Positions 9,404-20,637 of a DNA stretch of 64,000 bases are shown here, piece by piece; positions within the stretch are counted from its first letter, which is position 1; every line of letters begins with the position of its first letter. The position numbers and the translations under genes are program-made. This DNA comes from Myxococcales bacterium (GTDB lineage Bacteria; Myxococcota_A; Polyangia; Polyangiales; DASUME01), in the NCBI GenBank assembly GCA_047601445.1, contig JASGJH010000001.1, positions 7,776,001-7,840,000 on the forward strand, in the 5' to 3' direction. The notes under the pieces are model-generated. The model searched no databases, had not been told where the DNA came from, and worked only from the letters and a program-made list of their open reading frames with translations.

Positions 9404-9453
9404 CGTGCCCGTGACCCGATCCGAAGAGAAGATCGGGTACGGGCACGGGCACG
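9404..9453. repeat. REP-like imperfect hairpin between convergent genes (possible bidirectional terminator)
   Basis: CGTGCCCGT-GACCCGATC...GATCGGGT-ACGGGCACG inverted repeat with an extra GGGCAC unit. Confidence 0.55.
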
Positions 9454-9486
9454 TTTACGTGGGCGTTTTGCCCTGGCTGGGAACGT

Positions 9487-12306
9487 CTAGAGCTTCCCGA
9501 GGTACTCGTCGGTGTTCTTGCGGACGCGGGCGGCGCGCTCGGCCGGGTCCTCTACCACGGCCTTCTCGTCGGGCGTGACCTTGAACAGGGGCTGGCCCTT
9601 CTGCACGATGGCGCCGCTCTGATCCACGAGGACCTCGTCGATGGTCCCGGCGAACGAGGCGTTCACCTTGTTGAACATCTTCATGACCTCGATGATGTAG
9701 AGGGGGTCGCCCACGTTGAAGTGCGAGCCCTTCAGCACGAAGTGCGGCATGCCAGGCGCTTCCTGCGCGTAGTACATGCCGCCCATGGCGGCGACGATCT
9801 CGTCGCTCTTGGTGACGGGCGGCGGAACCAGGACCTTCTTCATCGCCGCCTGCAGCTCGGCGTTGAGCAGGTTCTCCGGGATCACCACGGTCATGTCGTC
9901 CTTGACCTTGAGGTCGTAGAAGCCGACCTTCTTGGCGAGCAAGGGCAGCACGCTCAAGATCTCGAGCCCGAGCTGATGGCCCGCGTGAGCGGCGCGCACC
10001 TTGGCCCATTCCTCGTCACCGAAGCCGAAGCTCGGCTTGGAGGAGGCGAGGGCGGCACTCAGGCCCTGGAAGTCCAGGCCCTCCGGAGCGCGCGCGGTGA
10101 GCTTGGCGTAGAAGGACAGACCGGTCTCGAGCAGCTCCCGATCGTGCGGCCAAATCACGTAGGCCGCCGGAGCGCCGGGCTGATCGTCCATGTGCAAGAG
10201 GTGATAGGTCTCGGCGAGAACCTGCAGCGGGTTCTTCTTCCAGAGCACCTTGTTGCCGTCGCAGCTGAAGTCCAGGCGATGCTGGCTCAGCCAAGCGGAC
10301 AAGAAGTGCGGCTCCTCCACCAGCTTCTCGAGCGGGCGCGCCAGCAGGGTCTCCTTGAGCTCCAGCGCTTTGCGCACGGCGTCGGAGGCCGGCTTGCCGG
10401 CGTCCTTCACCTTGGCCATGGCGTTCTTCTGGATGCCCGCGAGGGCGTAGGACAGGTCGATGGCCGAGGCCTCCTGCTTCAGCAGGCCCACCAGCGTCAG
10501 GTACGGCACCACGAACTTGGTGGTCGGCTTGGCCCACACGCCGTTCGAGAGGAACCAGCTCACCAGGCCGAAGTGGAACTCCAGGTTGGTCGCCAGGTCC
10601 TGGCCGCGCAGCTTGGTGCAACGCAGGATCTCCGCGCACTGGAAGTAGCTCTCGTGGCGATCGCTACCGGTGGCGAGCAGCAGCGCGATGTTGGAGTCGT
10701 AGGCGCCGGCCAGGCGGTAGCGCATGAAGAGGCCCGTGTCCGGGTTCTTGATGCTGATCCCCTGATCGTCGCGCACCTCGCCCTGAATCGGGTTGGACCA
10801 GGAGACGATCACGCCGCCCGCGTGGGGCGACAGCGAGCGGTCGGTGGCGTTGAGGCGGGCTTCCACCGCGGCACCCTCGCGCAGCACACGCGTGGGCTTG
10901 GGCAGTGCACCGCGGAACTTCGCGATCAGCGCCATGGCTTCGACCAGCGAGTGCACGTCGAAGAAGTCCTTGGCGTCGGCCGGGTTGGCGAACCGCAGGG
11001 CGTAACACAGCTCGGAGACGCGGTGCTCCACCTGGATGCGCGTGTTCACTTCCATGAAGAAGTGACGCGGGCCCTCCACGATGCACTCGAAGGTGGAGGC
11101 TGAGTCGAGCTTCACGGCGCGACCGAAACGCTCGGCCTCGGCTTCCATGCGCTTGAGCGTGTTCAGGTCCATCTCCAGCGCGCTGGCCTCGTTGTCGCGG
11201 CCGCTCTCCTTGGCGCGCGCGATGGCCTTGCCCAGAGCTTCCTGTGTGGACGACACCTCGAGCAGCTTCTGCTCGTGCATCTGCAGCGAGCAGTCGCGAC
11301 CGCCGAGCGTCACGCACCACTCACCATTGCCCAGCATCTGGATCTCGTTGTGGCGCGTTTGCTCGATGTTGAGCTCGAGCAGGATGTTCTTGTTGTCGCC
11401 GACGCCGGTGGCCTTGACCTCCTGGAGGATCTCGCGCACCAGGCCCGGCACCTTGGCCGGTTCGTTGAAGATGCGCTGGCCCTTGCCGCCGCCGCCGCCG
11501 ATGGCCTTGAGGCGCACGCGGCTGCCGGTGTACTCGCCGAGCATCTTGACGGCTTCGTCGCGCAGGGTCGCGCCGAGCTCCTCGATGCTGTAGAGGTCGA
11601 TGCCCTTGGCGTAGGACGCGGCGAGCACGCCGTCGGCCACTTCCTCGAGCGAGGCCTTGTCGTTCTTGAATTCGGGGACGTCGAGGCCCTCGCTCTTGGC
11701 GAGCTTCTCGAGCGCGGCCTTGTCCTTGTGCTTGCGCAGCAGCGTGAGCACGGTGCCGTTGTTCACGCCGGGCGTGACCGACACGTCGTTCTCGAGGGCG
11801 GTGCGCTTGGCCTCGTCCTTCTTGCCGGCGGCTTCCTGCGTATAGGAGCAGGGGCCCATGAAGGTGAGCCCGGCCTGCTCGATGGCGCGCACGAAGTCCG
11901 CGTCCTCGGCCATGAAGCCGTAGCCGGCGAACACGTAGCGGTAGCTGTTCTTGCGGCAGATCTCCACCATCTGCTGCACGCGCAACATGCGCTCCTCGCG
12001 CGTGGTCCCGGTGTAGTCGGGCACACGGTGCACGTGCTTGGGATCCATGCTGCGCAGCTCGGGCGCCAGCGCGCGCGGGTAGGTGATGCTGTCGCGCTCG
12101 GAGAGCAGGATGCCGATCTTCGTCATGCCCATCTCGCGGAAGACATCGATGGCTTCCTTGCGGATGGGGCCGCGACAGACGATGAGCACGCTCATGTCTT
12201 CGGCGGCGAATGAACGCACCCAGGCCGAACTCGAGAGCCCGAGCCGACGGTCGCGGTGGATCAGCGGGTTGTTGGTGTAGGCGTTGTAGGGCTTGGACTC
12301 GGACAT
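9487..12306 (-). CDS. acyl-CoA carboxylase alpha subunit (biotin carboxylase, long linker, biotin carrier)
   Basis: GYGFMAED, KAIGGGGGKG, RDCSLQ and EVNTRIQVEH motifs; C-terminal biotinylation motif EVMKM. Confidence 0.9.
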   Translation of the reverse strand: MSESKPYNAYTNNPLIHRDRRLGLSSSAWVRSFAAEDMSVLIVCRGPIRKEAIDVFREMGMTKIGILLSERDSITYPRALAPELRSMDPKHVHRVPDYTGTTREERMLRVQQMVEICRKNSYRYVFAGYGFMAEDADFVRAIEQAGLTFMGPCSYTQEAAGKKDEAKRTALENDVSVTPGVNNGTVLTLLRKHKDKAALEKLAKSEGLDVPEFKNDKASLEEVADGVLAASYAKGIDLYSIEELGATLRDEAVKMLGEYTGSRVRLKAIGGGGGKGQRIFNEPAKVPGLVREILQEVKATGVGDNKNILLELNIEQTRHNEIQMLGNGEWCVTLGGRDCSLQMHEQKLLEVSSTQEALGKAIARAKESGRDNEASALEMDLNTLKRMEAEAERFGRAVKLDSASTFECIVEGPRHFFMEVNTRIQVEHRVSELCYALRFANPADAKDFFDVHSLVEAMALIAKFRGALPKPTRVLREGAAVEARLNATDRSLSPHAGGVIVSWSNPIQGEVRDDQGISIKNPDTGLFMRYRLAGAYDSNIALLLATGSDRHESYFQCAEILRCTKLRGQDLATNLEFHFGLVSWFLSNGVWAKPTTKFVVPYLTLVGLLKQEASAIDLSYALAGIQKNAMAKVKDAGKPASDAVRKALELKETLLARPLEKLVEEPHFLSAWLSQHRLDFSCDGNKVLWKKNPLQVLAETYHLLHMDDQPGAPAAYVIWPHDRELLETGLSFYAKLTARAPEGLDFQGLSAALASSKPSFGFGDEEWAKVRAAHAGHQLGLEILSVLPLLAKKVGFYDLKVKDDMTVVIPENLLNAELQAAMKKVLVPPPVTKSDEIVAAMGGMYYAQEAPGMPHFVLKGSHFNVGDPLYIIEVMKMFNKVNASFAGTIDEVLVDQSGAIVQKGQPLFKVTPDEKAVVEDPAERAARVRKNTDEYLGKL

Positions 12307-13982
12307 CAGAAGAACTCCCGCTGGACGGACTGCATGGGGCCTGGCTGATAGCGACGCAGCAAGAGCTCGAGGCTCTTGCCGAGCGTGGCGCGCAGGTCGG
12401 TGGGCATCACGATCTCGGAGATCGAGCCGAGCGACAGGGCCTCACGCGGGTTCATCAGTTCGCGCTCGTAGCGCTGGTTGAACTTGGCTTCCTCGGCCTT
12501 GAGCCAGTCGGCGGCTTCCTTCTCGCTACCGCTCTTGGCCTTGGCCTTGGCCTCTTCACGCACCTTGCGGAGCTCGCTCTTGTACACGTACTCCTTGCCG
12601 GCGGGACCCATCACGGCCACGCGGGTGGTCGGCAGCGCGAGCACCACGTCGGCGCCGGTGGAGTAGGGGTTGAACGCCGCGTAGGCGCCACCGAAGGCGT
12701 TGCGGATGATCAGCAGGATGCGCGGCGTGCGCACGTCGATGATCGAGTCGAGCATGGCGCGACCGGCCTGCACGATGCCGCGGCTCTCCTGATCGCGACC
12801 GGGCAGGAAGCCAGTGGTGTCTTCGAGGAAGATCAGCGGGATGTTGTAGATGTTGCAGAAGCGCACGAAGCGCGCGATCTTGTAGGACGCATCGATGTCG
12901 ATCTGACCGCTGGCCACCGCGGAGTTGTTGGCCACGAAGCCCACGACGTTGCCGCCCAGGCGACCGAACGCGGTGATGGCGTTCTTGGCACGCTCGGGCT
13001 GCAGCTCGAAGAAGTCACCGTGGTCGCAGATCTGCTGGATGATGATGCTCACGTCCAAGGGCGTGTTGAAGCCCGTTGGGGAGTTGAAGGCCTTGCGCAG
13101 GAGCGTGTCGATCTCCGTGGTGCGACGCTCGAGCGGGTCGCTGGTCTTCTCGAAGGCGGGCGCTTCGCGGTTGCAGTTCGGCAGGTAGCTCAGCAGTCGC
13201 TGGGCCGTACGCAGCGCGCCGACTTCGTCGGGCACGGTGAGGTCCGCCACGCCGCTGCCGCCGTGGACCTTGGGTCCGCCGAGCTCGTCGGGGGTCACGT
13301 CTTCGCCGAGCACGCTCTTCACGACGCCGGCGCCGGTGAGGCCGAAGAAGGTGTTCGCCGGCTGGATCACGAAGCTGCCCTGGCGCGGCAGGTAGGAGCC
13401 GCCGCCCGCGTTGTATCCGAACATGCACATGATGCTGGGCACCACACCGCTGATCTTGCGCAGCGCCGTGAACGCCTCGGAGTAGCCGTCGAGGCCGCCG
13501 ACGCCGGCGGGCACGTAAGCGCCCGCGCTGTCGTTCATGCCGATCACGGGCAGACCCTTCTCACCGGCCAGACGCAGCAGGTTGGCCAGCTTGGAGCCGT
13601 TGGTGGCGTCCATGGAGCCGGCGCGAACGGTGAAGTCGTGGCCGTAGAGCGCCACGTCGCGTCCGTTGATGCGCAGCACGGCCGTGACCAGCGAGGCACC
13701 GTCGAGGTTGGGACCCCAGTTCTGGTAGAGGATCGCCGGCTTCTCACCCTTGTCCTGCAGGGTGTCGATGCGCTCCCAAACCGTCATGCGGTCCTTGGCG
13801 TGCTGGCGCATGACCTGCACGGTGCCGGACGCGGCCTTGGGTCGAGCGCGCAGCTCTTCGCCGTCGGCGAGGGCCAGGTCGTAGGGACCGGGAGCTGCGG
13901 CCAGCTCTTCGGGCTGGGCGGAAGCGGCAGCGCCCGCAATCGGGTCTTCGAGGGTCGGTATGAGAACTGGTTCGGTCGCCAT
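12306..13982 (-). CDS. acyl-CoA carboxylase carboxyltransferase (beta) subunit
   Basis: [39 protein letters not shown] and AFGGAY motifs; TGATG coupling to the alpha subunit. Confidence 0.92.
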   Translation of the reverse strand: MATEPVLIPTLEDPIAGAAASAQPEELAAAPGPYDLALADGEELRARPKAASGTVQVMRQHAKDRMTVWERIDTLQDKGEKPAILYQNWGPNLDGASLVTAVLRINGRDVALYGHDFTVRAGSMDATNGSKLANLLRLAGEKGLPVIGMNDSAGAYVPAGVGGLDGYSEAFTALRKISGVVPSIMCMFGYNAGGGSYLPRQGSFVIQPANTFFGLTGAGVVKSVLGEDVTPDELGGPKVHGGSGVADLTVPDEVGALRTAQRLLSYLPNCNREAPAFEKTSDPLERRTTEIDTLLRKAFNSPTGFNTPLDVSIIIQQICDHGDFFELQPERAKNAITAFGRLGGNVVGFVANNSAVASGQIDIDASYKIARFVRFCNIYNIPLIFLEDTTGFLPGRDQESRGIVQAGRAMLDSIIDVRTPRILLIIRNAFGGAYAAFNPYSTGADVVLALPTTRVAVMGPAGKEYVYKSELRKVREEAKAKAKSGSEKEAADWLKAEEAKFNQRYERELMNPREALSLGSISEIVMPTDLRATLGKSLELLLRRYQPGPMQSVQREFF

Positions 13983-14408
13983 AGATTGACAGCCCCTTTG
14001 GACAGCAGGTGCATCGCCGCAACGAGGGTTCGGCGGAGCTCGACGTCGACTCGGCAGACGCGGCCCCGCTTCTGCTACGAGGACGTGCGCCGGCCGATGA
14101 CCTCGAGCGGGTGCCAGCGTCTAAACGGAAAATGCCCCTCAGGCCAGCGGAATTACGATTAAAAGGTGACAAAAAACCGGGCTTCACCGCGGCTTCATGG
14201 TGCCTCTCGTGCGGGGGGCTCCAAGAGGGCCCGCAAGGCCCCGGACAACCCCCCGGACAAAGGAGCTTTTTGGCGCTGCGTATCGCACGTGATGTGGAGT
14301 CGCGACGCTGCGATTGCCCCATCCTGGGGGCTCATACGAGTTGGTTGCTGTGGCCCGAGCAACACTTGACTTGACCGCGGCCGAGCAAGCGACTCAATTG
14401 AAAGCTAC

Positions 14409-15464
14409 ATGACGCGGATCACGTATTTGATTTCAGGGGTTTGTGCCGCCAGCCTGGGGCTCGGTTGCAACGACCTCGGTGATTGCACCGACGCTGCCAA
14501 GGGGCGTTACCCGGTCCTGGTGGGCACACAAGTGATGTACGCGGGGCAAGCGATCATCGCGACGTCGTGCGCCGCGGGTAGCTGCCACACGGAGCTCAGC
14601 TCCCGTGCGAATCGCTACGGCGCGCCGGCTGGGCTCGATTTCGACATCAAGCCGGTGGTCGCCAGTGGCATGACGACCACGGTCGACGGCCGCGAGATCG
14701 CGGAGATCAGCGATGAGGACCTGGCGCGGCTCAAGAAGCATCAGCGCAAGGTCTTCGATTCCCGTCATGACATCTGGGAGCAGGTCGAGCGCGGCCTGAT
14801 GCCGCCAGAGGGCGTCGGCAAGCCCTGGCGCGAGGCAAGCGCGGGACAGCTCATCGATGTAAGCGGCGGCGGTTGCACGGCGACGGGCGCACTCGCGCCC
14901 ATCACCGACAAGCAGACGCGCGAGATCTTGCGTGGCTGGCTCGCATGCGGTTCGCCCATCGTGGAGGCCAACGTGACGGGCCTGGCGCAGCCTGTCGGCG
15001 GCACCGTGGGCGATCAGTTTCCCGCCTGCGCGCCGCCCGGCGACCCTACCTTCGACAACTTGTACGCCACCGTCATCAGCCCCACCTGCGTGAACGGCTG
15101 CCATGAGCCGGGCGGCTCGCGCGAGCAGTTCGACCTCAGCACGCCCGAGATCGCTTTTGCGTCGCTGATGGGGGCCGATGGCACGGGGGGAGTTCCCTCG
15201 GGCTGCTCGACCAACAAGGACCCCATGGTCACGCCGAACAAGCCCGAGGATTCCTACTTCTACGCCCAGGTCGGCGGCACGGGCGGCAGCATTTGTTCGC
15301 CCGTCATGCCTTTCGGTAGCGTCGACGGCCTGGAGCCCGCCTCACTCGACCTGGTCAAGCGCTGGATCGAAGCCGGAGCGCCTGCACCGGGTGTGGCCGT
15401 GGGCGATGCCGGGGTTGGCGACGATGCGGGCGCTGGCGACGGTGGGCTAGACGCCGGGACCTGA
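14409..15464 (+). CDS. lipoprotein with two putative cytochrome-c-like domains (atypical heme motifs)
   Basis: Lipobox LGLGC; CAAGSCH...MPP...LRGWL and CVNGCH...MPF...VKRWIEAGA; DAG-rich tail. Confidence 0.7.
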   Translation: MTRITYLISGVCAASLGLGCNDLGDCTDAAKGRYPVLVGTQVMYAGQAIIATSCAAGSCHTELSSRANRYGAPAGLDFDIKPVVASGMTTTVDGREIAEISDEDLARLKKHQRKVFDSRHDIWEQVERGLMPPEGVGKPWREASAGQLIDVSGGGCTATGALAPITDKQTREILRGWLACGSPIVEANVTGLAQPVGGTVGDQFPACAPPGDPTFDNLYATVISPTCVNGCHEPGGSREQFDLSTPEIAFASLMGADGTGGVPSGCSTNKDPMVTPNKPEDSYFYAQVGGTGGSICSPVMPFGSVDGLEPASLDLVKRWIEAGAPAPGVAVGDAGVGDDAGAGDGGLDAGT

Positions 15465-15551
15465 GCGTTCCTGGCGCGCTTGCCTCGGCCCGGCTTGCTC
15501 GCCTGGGTGGGGAGCGTTGCTAGCCGTCGTGCTGCGCGGTAGGCCTGCGGC

Positions 15552-17444
15552 ATGTCTGAACAAGTTGCGGCGCGTCCCGAGGCCTTCCGGTCAGCGCTCC
15601 GCGAAGGCGGCCTCGTGTTCGACGGGGCCATGGGAACCTCTCTCTACGAACGCGGCAACCTCTACACGGCGTGCTTCGACGAACTGAACCTGTCCCGCCC
15701 CGACCAAGTTCGGCAGGTGCACCAGGGGTTCGTCGACGCCGGCGCCCAGGTCATCGAGACCAATACCTTCGGCGGCAACCGCTTCCGTTTGGCCCACCAC
15801 GGCTTCGACAAGCTGGTGCGCGAGATCAACAAGGCCGGTGTGGCGCTGGCGCGCGAGGCCGCCCAGCGGCGGGCCTTCGTGGCGGGCTCGGTGGGACCCA
15901 CCGGACTGCTGTTCGAGACCACGCCCGAGGAGTTGCTCAAGGAGGTCAAGCAGGCCTTTCTCGATCAGTGCCACGCGTTGGTCGAAGGGGGCGTCGATGC
16001 GCTCCTGCTGGAGACCTTTCGCCATCCCACCGAGCTGCGCTTGGCCGTGGAGGCCGCCCGCGAGGCTGGCGAAGGCAAGGTGCCAGTCATCGCGTGCGTC
16101 TCCTTCGACGAGGCGGGCACCACGGCCGATGGGCGCCAGCCCGAGCAGGTGGCCGAGCTTCTCGCGAGCTTCAAGGCGGACGCCATCGGCGTGAACTGCG
16201 CCACCGGGCCGGCGGGTGTGTTCGAGATGGTCACGCGCATGCGCGGGCCGGGACTGCCCCTGGTGGCGATCCCCAACGCAGGCATGCCGCAGAAGATCGA
16301 GGGCCGCTTCGCTTACATGGCGACGCCCGAATACTTTCAGCTCTACGCGCGACGTCTGTTCAAGGCAGGCGTACACGGCGTGGGCGGCTGCTGTGGCACT
16401 ACCCCCGAGCACGTACGCAAGATCGTGGCGGCGGCGCGCATGATCTCTGCGGGCCACGGGCATCAAACGCTGGAGGGCAGCGGCGGTGGCATGCGCGAGG
16501 ACTCGTTGCCGCCTGCGGCGCAGGTAGCGCCGGGCGTCCAGGTCGTGGAGATGCGCGACAAGGGGCCCATCGGCGCCAAACTCGGGCAGAAATTCTTGGT
16601 CTCGGTGGAGGTCAATCCGCCGCCCGGGCTCTCCATCGAGGCCGCGCTGAACGGTGCGCGCGTGCTCAAGGAGGGCGGCGTCGACGTCATCAATGTCGCC
16701 GATGGCGCGCGCGCTCAGGCTCGCATGGGCAACCTGGCGCTGTGCTTGCGCATTCAGGAAGAGGTGGGACTGCCCGCTCTGATGCACGTGACCTCCCGTG
16801 ATCGCAACTTGCTCGGGCAAGTGGCCTATCTGCTCGCAGCGCACGAGCTGGGGGTCCGCAACCTGGTGGTGATCACCGGCGATCCGCCGAAGATGGGCGA
16901 CTTCCCGAATGCCACGCCCGTTTACGACACCGACTCGGTGGGCCTGTTGCGCCTGGTGAGCGCGATGAATCGCGGCTTCGATCCGGGCGGTAAGCCGCTC
17001 GGGGGCGCCACGCAGTTCCTGTGTGCGACGGGGGCCGAGCCTGCAGCCGCGGACTTCCAGCACGAGGTGGATCGCCTGCGTCAAAAGCGCGACGCCGGTG
17101 CCGAGCTGGTGATGACGCAGCCCGTCTACGACCCGGACGTGCTCGACCGCATGCTGCGTGCGATCGAACCGCTCGGGATCCCGGTGCTGGTGGGGCTGTT
17201 GCCCCTGGCGAGCTACCGCAACGCGGAGTTCTTGCACAACGAGGTGCCCGGCATGCAGATCCCGGAGCACATCCGCGAGCGCATGCGCAAGGCGGGCTCG
17301 GGCGATCACGGGCGCCACGAGGGCATCGCGATCGCGCGCGAAATGCTCGAACAAGTGAAGGACCGCGTGGCAGGTGCCTACGTGATGCCGCCCTTCGGTC
17401 GCCACGAGCTGGCGCTGCGAGTCATCGAGGGCATCGTCCGATGA
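15552..17444 (+). CDS. yitJ: bifunctional homocysteine S-methyltransferase / methylenetetrahydrofolate reductase (YitJ-like)
   Basis: FDGAMGT, ETNTFG, GVNC, PNAG and GGCCGTTPEH motifs, then an MTHFR domain (INVADG, RDRN, TGDPP, TQPVYD). Confidence 0.92.
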   Translation: MSEQVAARPEAFRSALREGGLVFDGAMGTSLYERGNLYTACFDELNLSRPDQVRQVHQGFVDAGAQVIETNTFGGNRFRLAHHGFDKLVREINKAGVALAREAAQRRAFVAGSVGPTGLLFETTPEELLKEVKQAFLDQCHALVEGGVDALLLETFRHPTELRLAVEAAREAGEGKVPVIACVSFDEAGTTADGRQPEQVAELLASFKADAIGVNCATGPAGVFEMVTRMRGPGLPLVAIPNAGMPQKIEGRFAYMATPEYFQLYARRLFKAGVHGVGGCCGTTPEHVRKIVAAARMISAGHGHQTLEGSGGGMREDSLPPAAQVAPGVQVVEMRDKGPIGAKLGQKFLVSVEVNPPPGLSIEAALNGARVLKEGGVDVINVADGARAQARMGNLALCLRIQEEVGLPALMHVTSRDRNLLGQVAYLLAAHELGVRNLVVITGDPPKMGDFPNATPVYDTDSVGLLRLVSAMNRGFDPGGKPLGGATQFLCATGAEPAAADFQHEVDRLRQKRDAGAELVMTQPVYDPDVLDRMLRAIEPLGIPVLVGLLPLASYRNAEFLHNEVPGMQIPEHIRERMRKAGSGDHGRHEGIAIAREMLEQVKDRVAGAYVMPPFGRHELALRVIEGIVR

Positions 17445-18310
17445 GGCTCGCTCAGGCACTCGGGGCGAGGACCGCTACCGGTGGGTGCGGCGGCCCGCGT
17501 CGCGTGCAGCTCGTGTCCGCGCTGGCGTTGCTGTTCGCGTTCGCGGGCGGCTGCCGCAGTGCAGGCAAATGTCCGGCCCAGCTGCTCACCGATCCCGCGC
17601 GCGCTCTCTCGGCGCAGCAGGTCCAGAGCGCCCAGCTGCGCACGTTGCGGGCGGAGGCCAAGGTCGATCAGCGCGGCAAGGAAGGGCGCATCAAGGGGCG
17701 CGTGATGATGTTCGTGGAGCGCCCCGACCGCGTACGCTTCGACGCCGTCACACAGTTCGGACCTGCGCTCACGCTGACCAGCGACGGCGAGACCTTCGCG
17801 CTCAGCGACTTCAAGAGCAATCGCTTCCTGACCGGCCCCGCCTGCGAGCAGAACATCGCGCGCATGATCGGCGTGGCCCTGTCCGGTCGCGACGTGGCCA
17901 GCGTGATGATGGGCGGGAGTCCCCTGATCCAGGCCAGCTCCGAGAGCATGGTCTGCCAGGGCGGGAGCTACGTGCTCACGCGCAAAGCGGCCGACGGCGG
18001 ACGCCAGGAGCTCGAGCTACGTGTGCACGAGCAAGACACCGGAAAGCCGGCCGAACAGCAGCGGCTCTACCTCACGCGCGCCAGCTTCTGGAACGCCGCT
18101 GGAAAGCAGCTCTATCAGGTCCGCTACGAGGACTATCAGCCCGCCGGCAAGGTGGAGTTGCCGCGTACCGTGCGCATCGACGACTACGTGAACCAGGCCG
18201 ACGCCTTGCTGCGTTTCTCCTCCATCGACGTGGATGTCAACGTTCCGCCCGATGCGTTCTCGCAGGAGCCGCGCGCTGGGTTGACGGTAGAGGAGATCGT
18301 CTGCGAATGA
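17441..18310 (+). CDS. lipoprotein, LolA/LolB-like fold (DUF4292-like)
   Basis: ATGA overlap with yitJ; hydrophobic stretch and AGGC lipobox; RPDRVRFD beta-rich pattern and a C-terminal PPDAF. Confidence 0.65.
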   Translation: MRLAQALGARTATGGCGGPRRVQLVSALALLFAFAGGCRSAGKCPAQLLTDPARALSAQQVQSAQLRTLRAEAKVDQRGKEGRIKGRVMMFVERPDRVRFDAVTQFGPALTLTSDGETFALSDFKSNRFLTGPACEQNIARMIGVALSGRDVASVMMGGSPLIQASSESMVCQGGSYVLTRKAADGGRQELELRVHEQDTGKPAEQQRLYLTRASFWNAAGKQLYQVRYEDYQPAGKVELPRTVRIDDYVNQADALLRFSSIDVDVNVPPDAFSQEPRAGLTVEEIVCE

Positions 18311-18365
18311 CGCCACCCCCCTGTCTTTGGGGGCCCACGGGCATTTCCTGATATGGTTCTGGGCG

Positions 18366-19363
<998 letters not shown>

Positions 19364-19367
<4 letters not shown>

Positions 19368-20353
19368 GTCGCCCGCTGCTCGAGGTCCAGGGGGTGTCCA
19401 AGGAGTTCCCGGTCGGCCGCGGCTGGCTCGGACGCCCCACGCGCAGCCTGCACGCGCTGAGCGACGTGAGCTTCACGCTCGCCCCGGGGGAGACCCTCGG
19501 CCTGGTGGGGGAGAGCGGCTCCGGCAAGAGCACCCTCGGCCGCTGCGTATTGCAGCTCCTGGCCCCCACCCGCGGCAGCGTGCGCTTCGAGGGACAAGAG
19601 CTCACCACGCTCAGCCCGCGCGCCATGCGCCCTGTGCGCCGCCGGCTCCAGATCGTCTTCCAGGATCCCTACGGCTCCCTGAACCCCCGCCTCACCGTGC
19701 GCCAGACCCTGGGCGAGCCCCTGCGGCTGCACGGCCTGGCGACCAGCCCGAGCGACGAGGAAGCCCAGGTGGCCGAGCTACTGCGCCGCGTGGGGCTCCG
19801 GCCGGAGCACGCAGATCGCTACCCCCACGAGTTCTCCGGTGGCCAGCGCCAGCGTATCGGCATCGCCCGCGCCCTGTCGGTGCGCCCCCAGTTGGTGGTG
19901 TGTGACGAGCCCGTCAGTGCCCTCGATGTGTCGGTGCAGGCCCAAATCGTCAATCTCCTGCGCGACCTCTCGGACGAGCTTGGGCTCGGTTACCTGTTCA
20001 TCGCTCACGACCTGTCCGTAGTGCGGTTCATGAGCCAGCGAGTGGCCGTGATGTACCTGGGGCGCATCGTCGAGCTCGGGCCGGCCGCCGCGCTCTACGA
20101 GACCCCCCGCCACCCGTACACCAAGGCGCTGCTGCGGGCCGTGCCCCGGATCGCCACCGTCCGACCCGGCGCCAGCGATCTGCAACGGCGCCGGCTACCC
20201 CTGCTCGGCGAAGTGCCGAGCCCGCTCGCTCCGCCTGCAGGCTGCCCCTTCCATCCGCGCTGCCCGGAGGCCCAACCAGGGCTGTGCGACCGTGAACGTC
20301 CCCTGCTCCGTTCTGCCGGAGACGCGCACGAAGCCGCATGTCACCTGATGTAG
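19364..20353 (+). CDS. oppF: peptide ABC transporter ATP-binding protein (OppF/DppF-like)
   Basis: [40 protein letters not shown] and GCPFHPRCP motifs; ATGA overlap. Confidence 0.9.
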
Positions 20354-20568
20354 GTATCATTACATTTCCTGTGTTTCCGCGTGTTTGCGCGATTTGTCCA
20401 CGCAGGGCTCCGTCACCCCCCGCTCAGCTTCGATCGACTCCGCTCGGACGCGAACTTTTCATGTCCCACGGCAGGGACTATTTTGAGACTGCTTTCGCAA
20501 GGTTGCCTGCGGGTGTCGGCGGGTCGACAGGGCGCTGATCTCGCGGAACCCTGTCGGAGGAGTTGGTG

Positions 20569-20597
20569 TTGACCTTCCGCGGGGATACCGGTAAATC
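20569..20597 (+). promoter_or_regulatory. sigma70-like promoter for the TPR-HTH-recO block
   Basis: TTGACC-N17-TAAATC upstream of ATG 20638. Confidence 0.45.
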
Positions 20598-20637
20598 ACC
20601 CCCCGACTTGCCATCCGAGGGGACGCTGGCTTCATTC

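Noticed and set aside
9721..14162. Long antisense ORFs (for example 9721-11103, 12210-14162, and similar ones at 15591-17459, 30530-32539, 39750-42089, 49685-51952 and 57498-59225)
   Set aside because: Shadow ORFs expected in high-GC DNA; they lie opposite well-supported genes and show no recognisable motifs
14270..14288. Sigma54-like TGGCGC...TCGCA upstream of the cytochrome-like gene
   Set aside because: GG-to-GC spacing is 11 nt rather than the required 10
15465..15551. SAM or cobalamin riboswitch upstream of yitJ
   Set aside because: Only 87 nt are available, and no recognisable aptamer core or terminator is present
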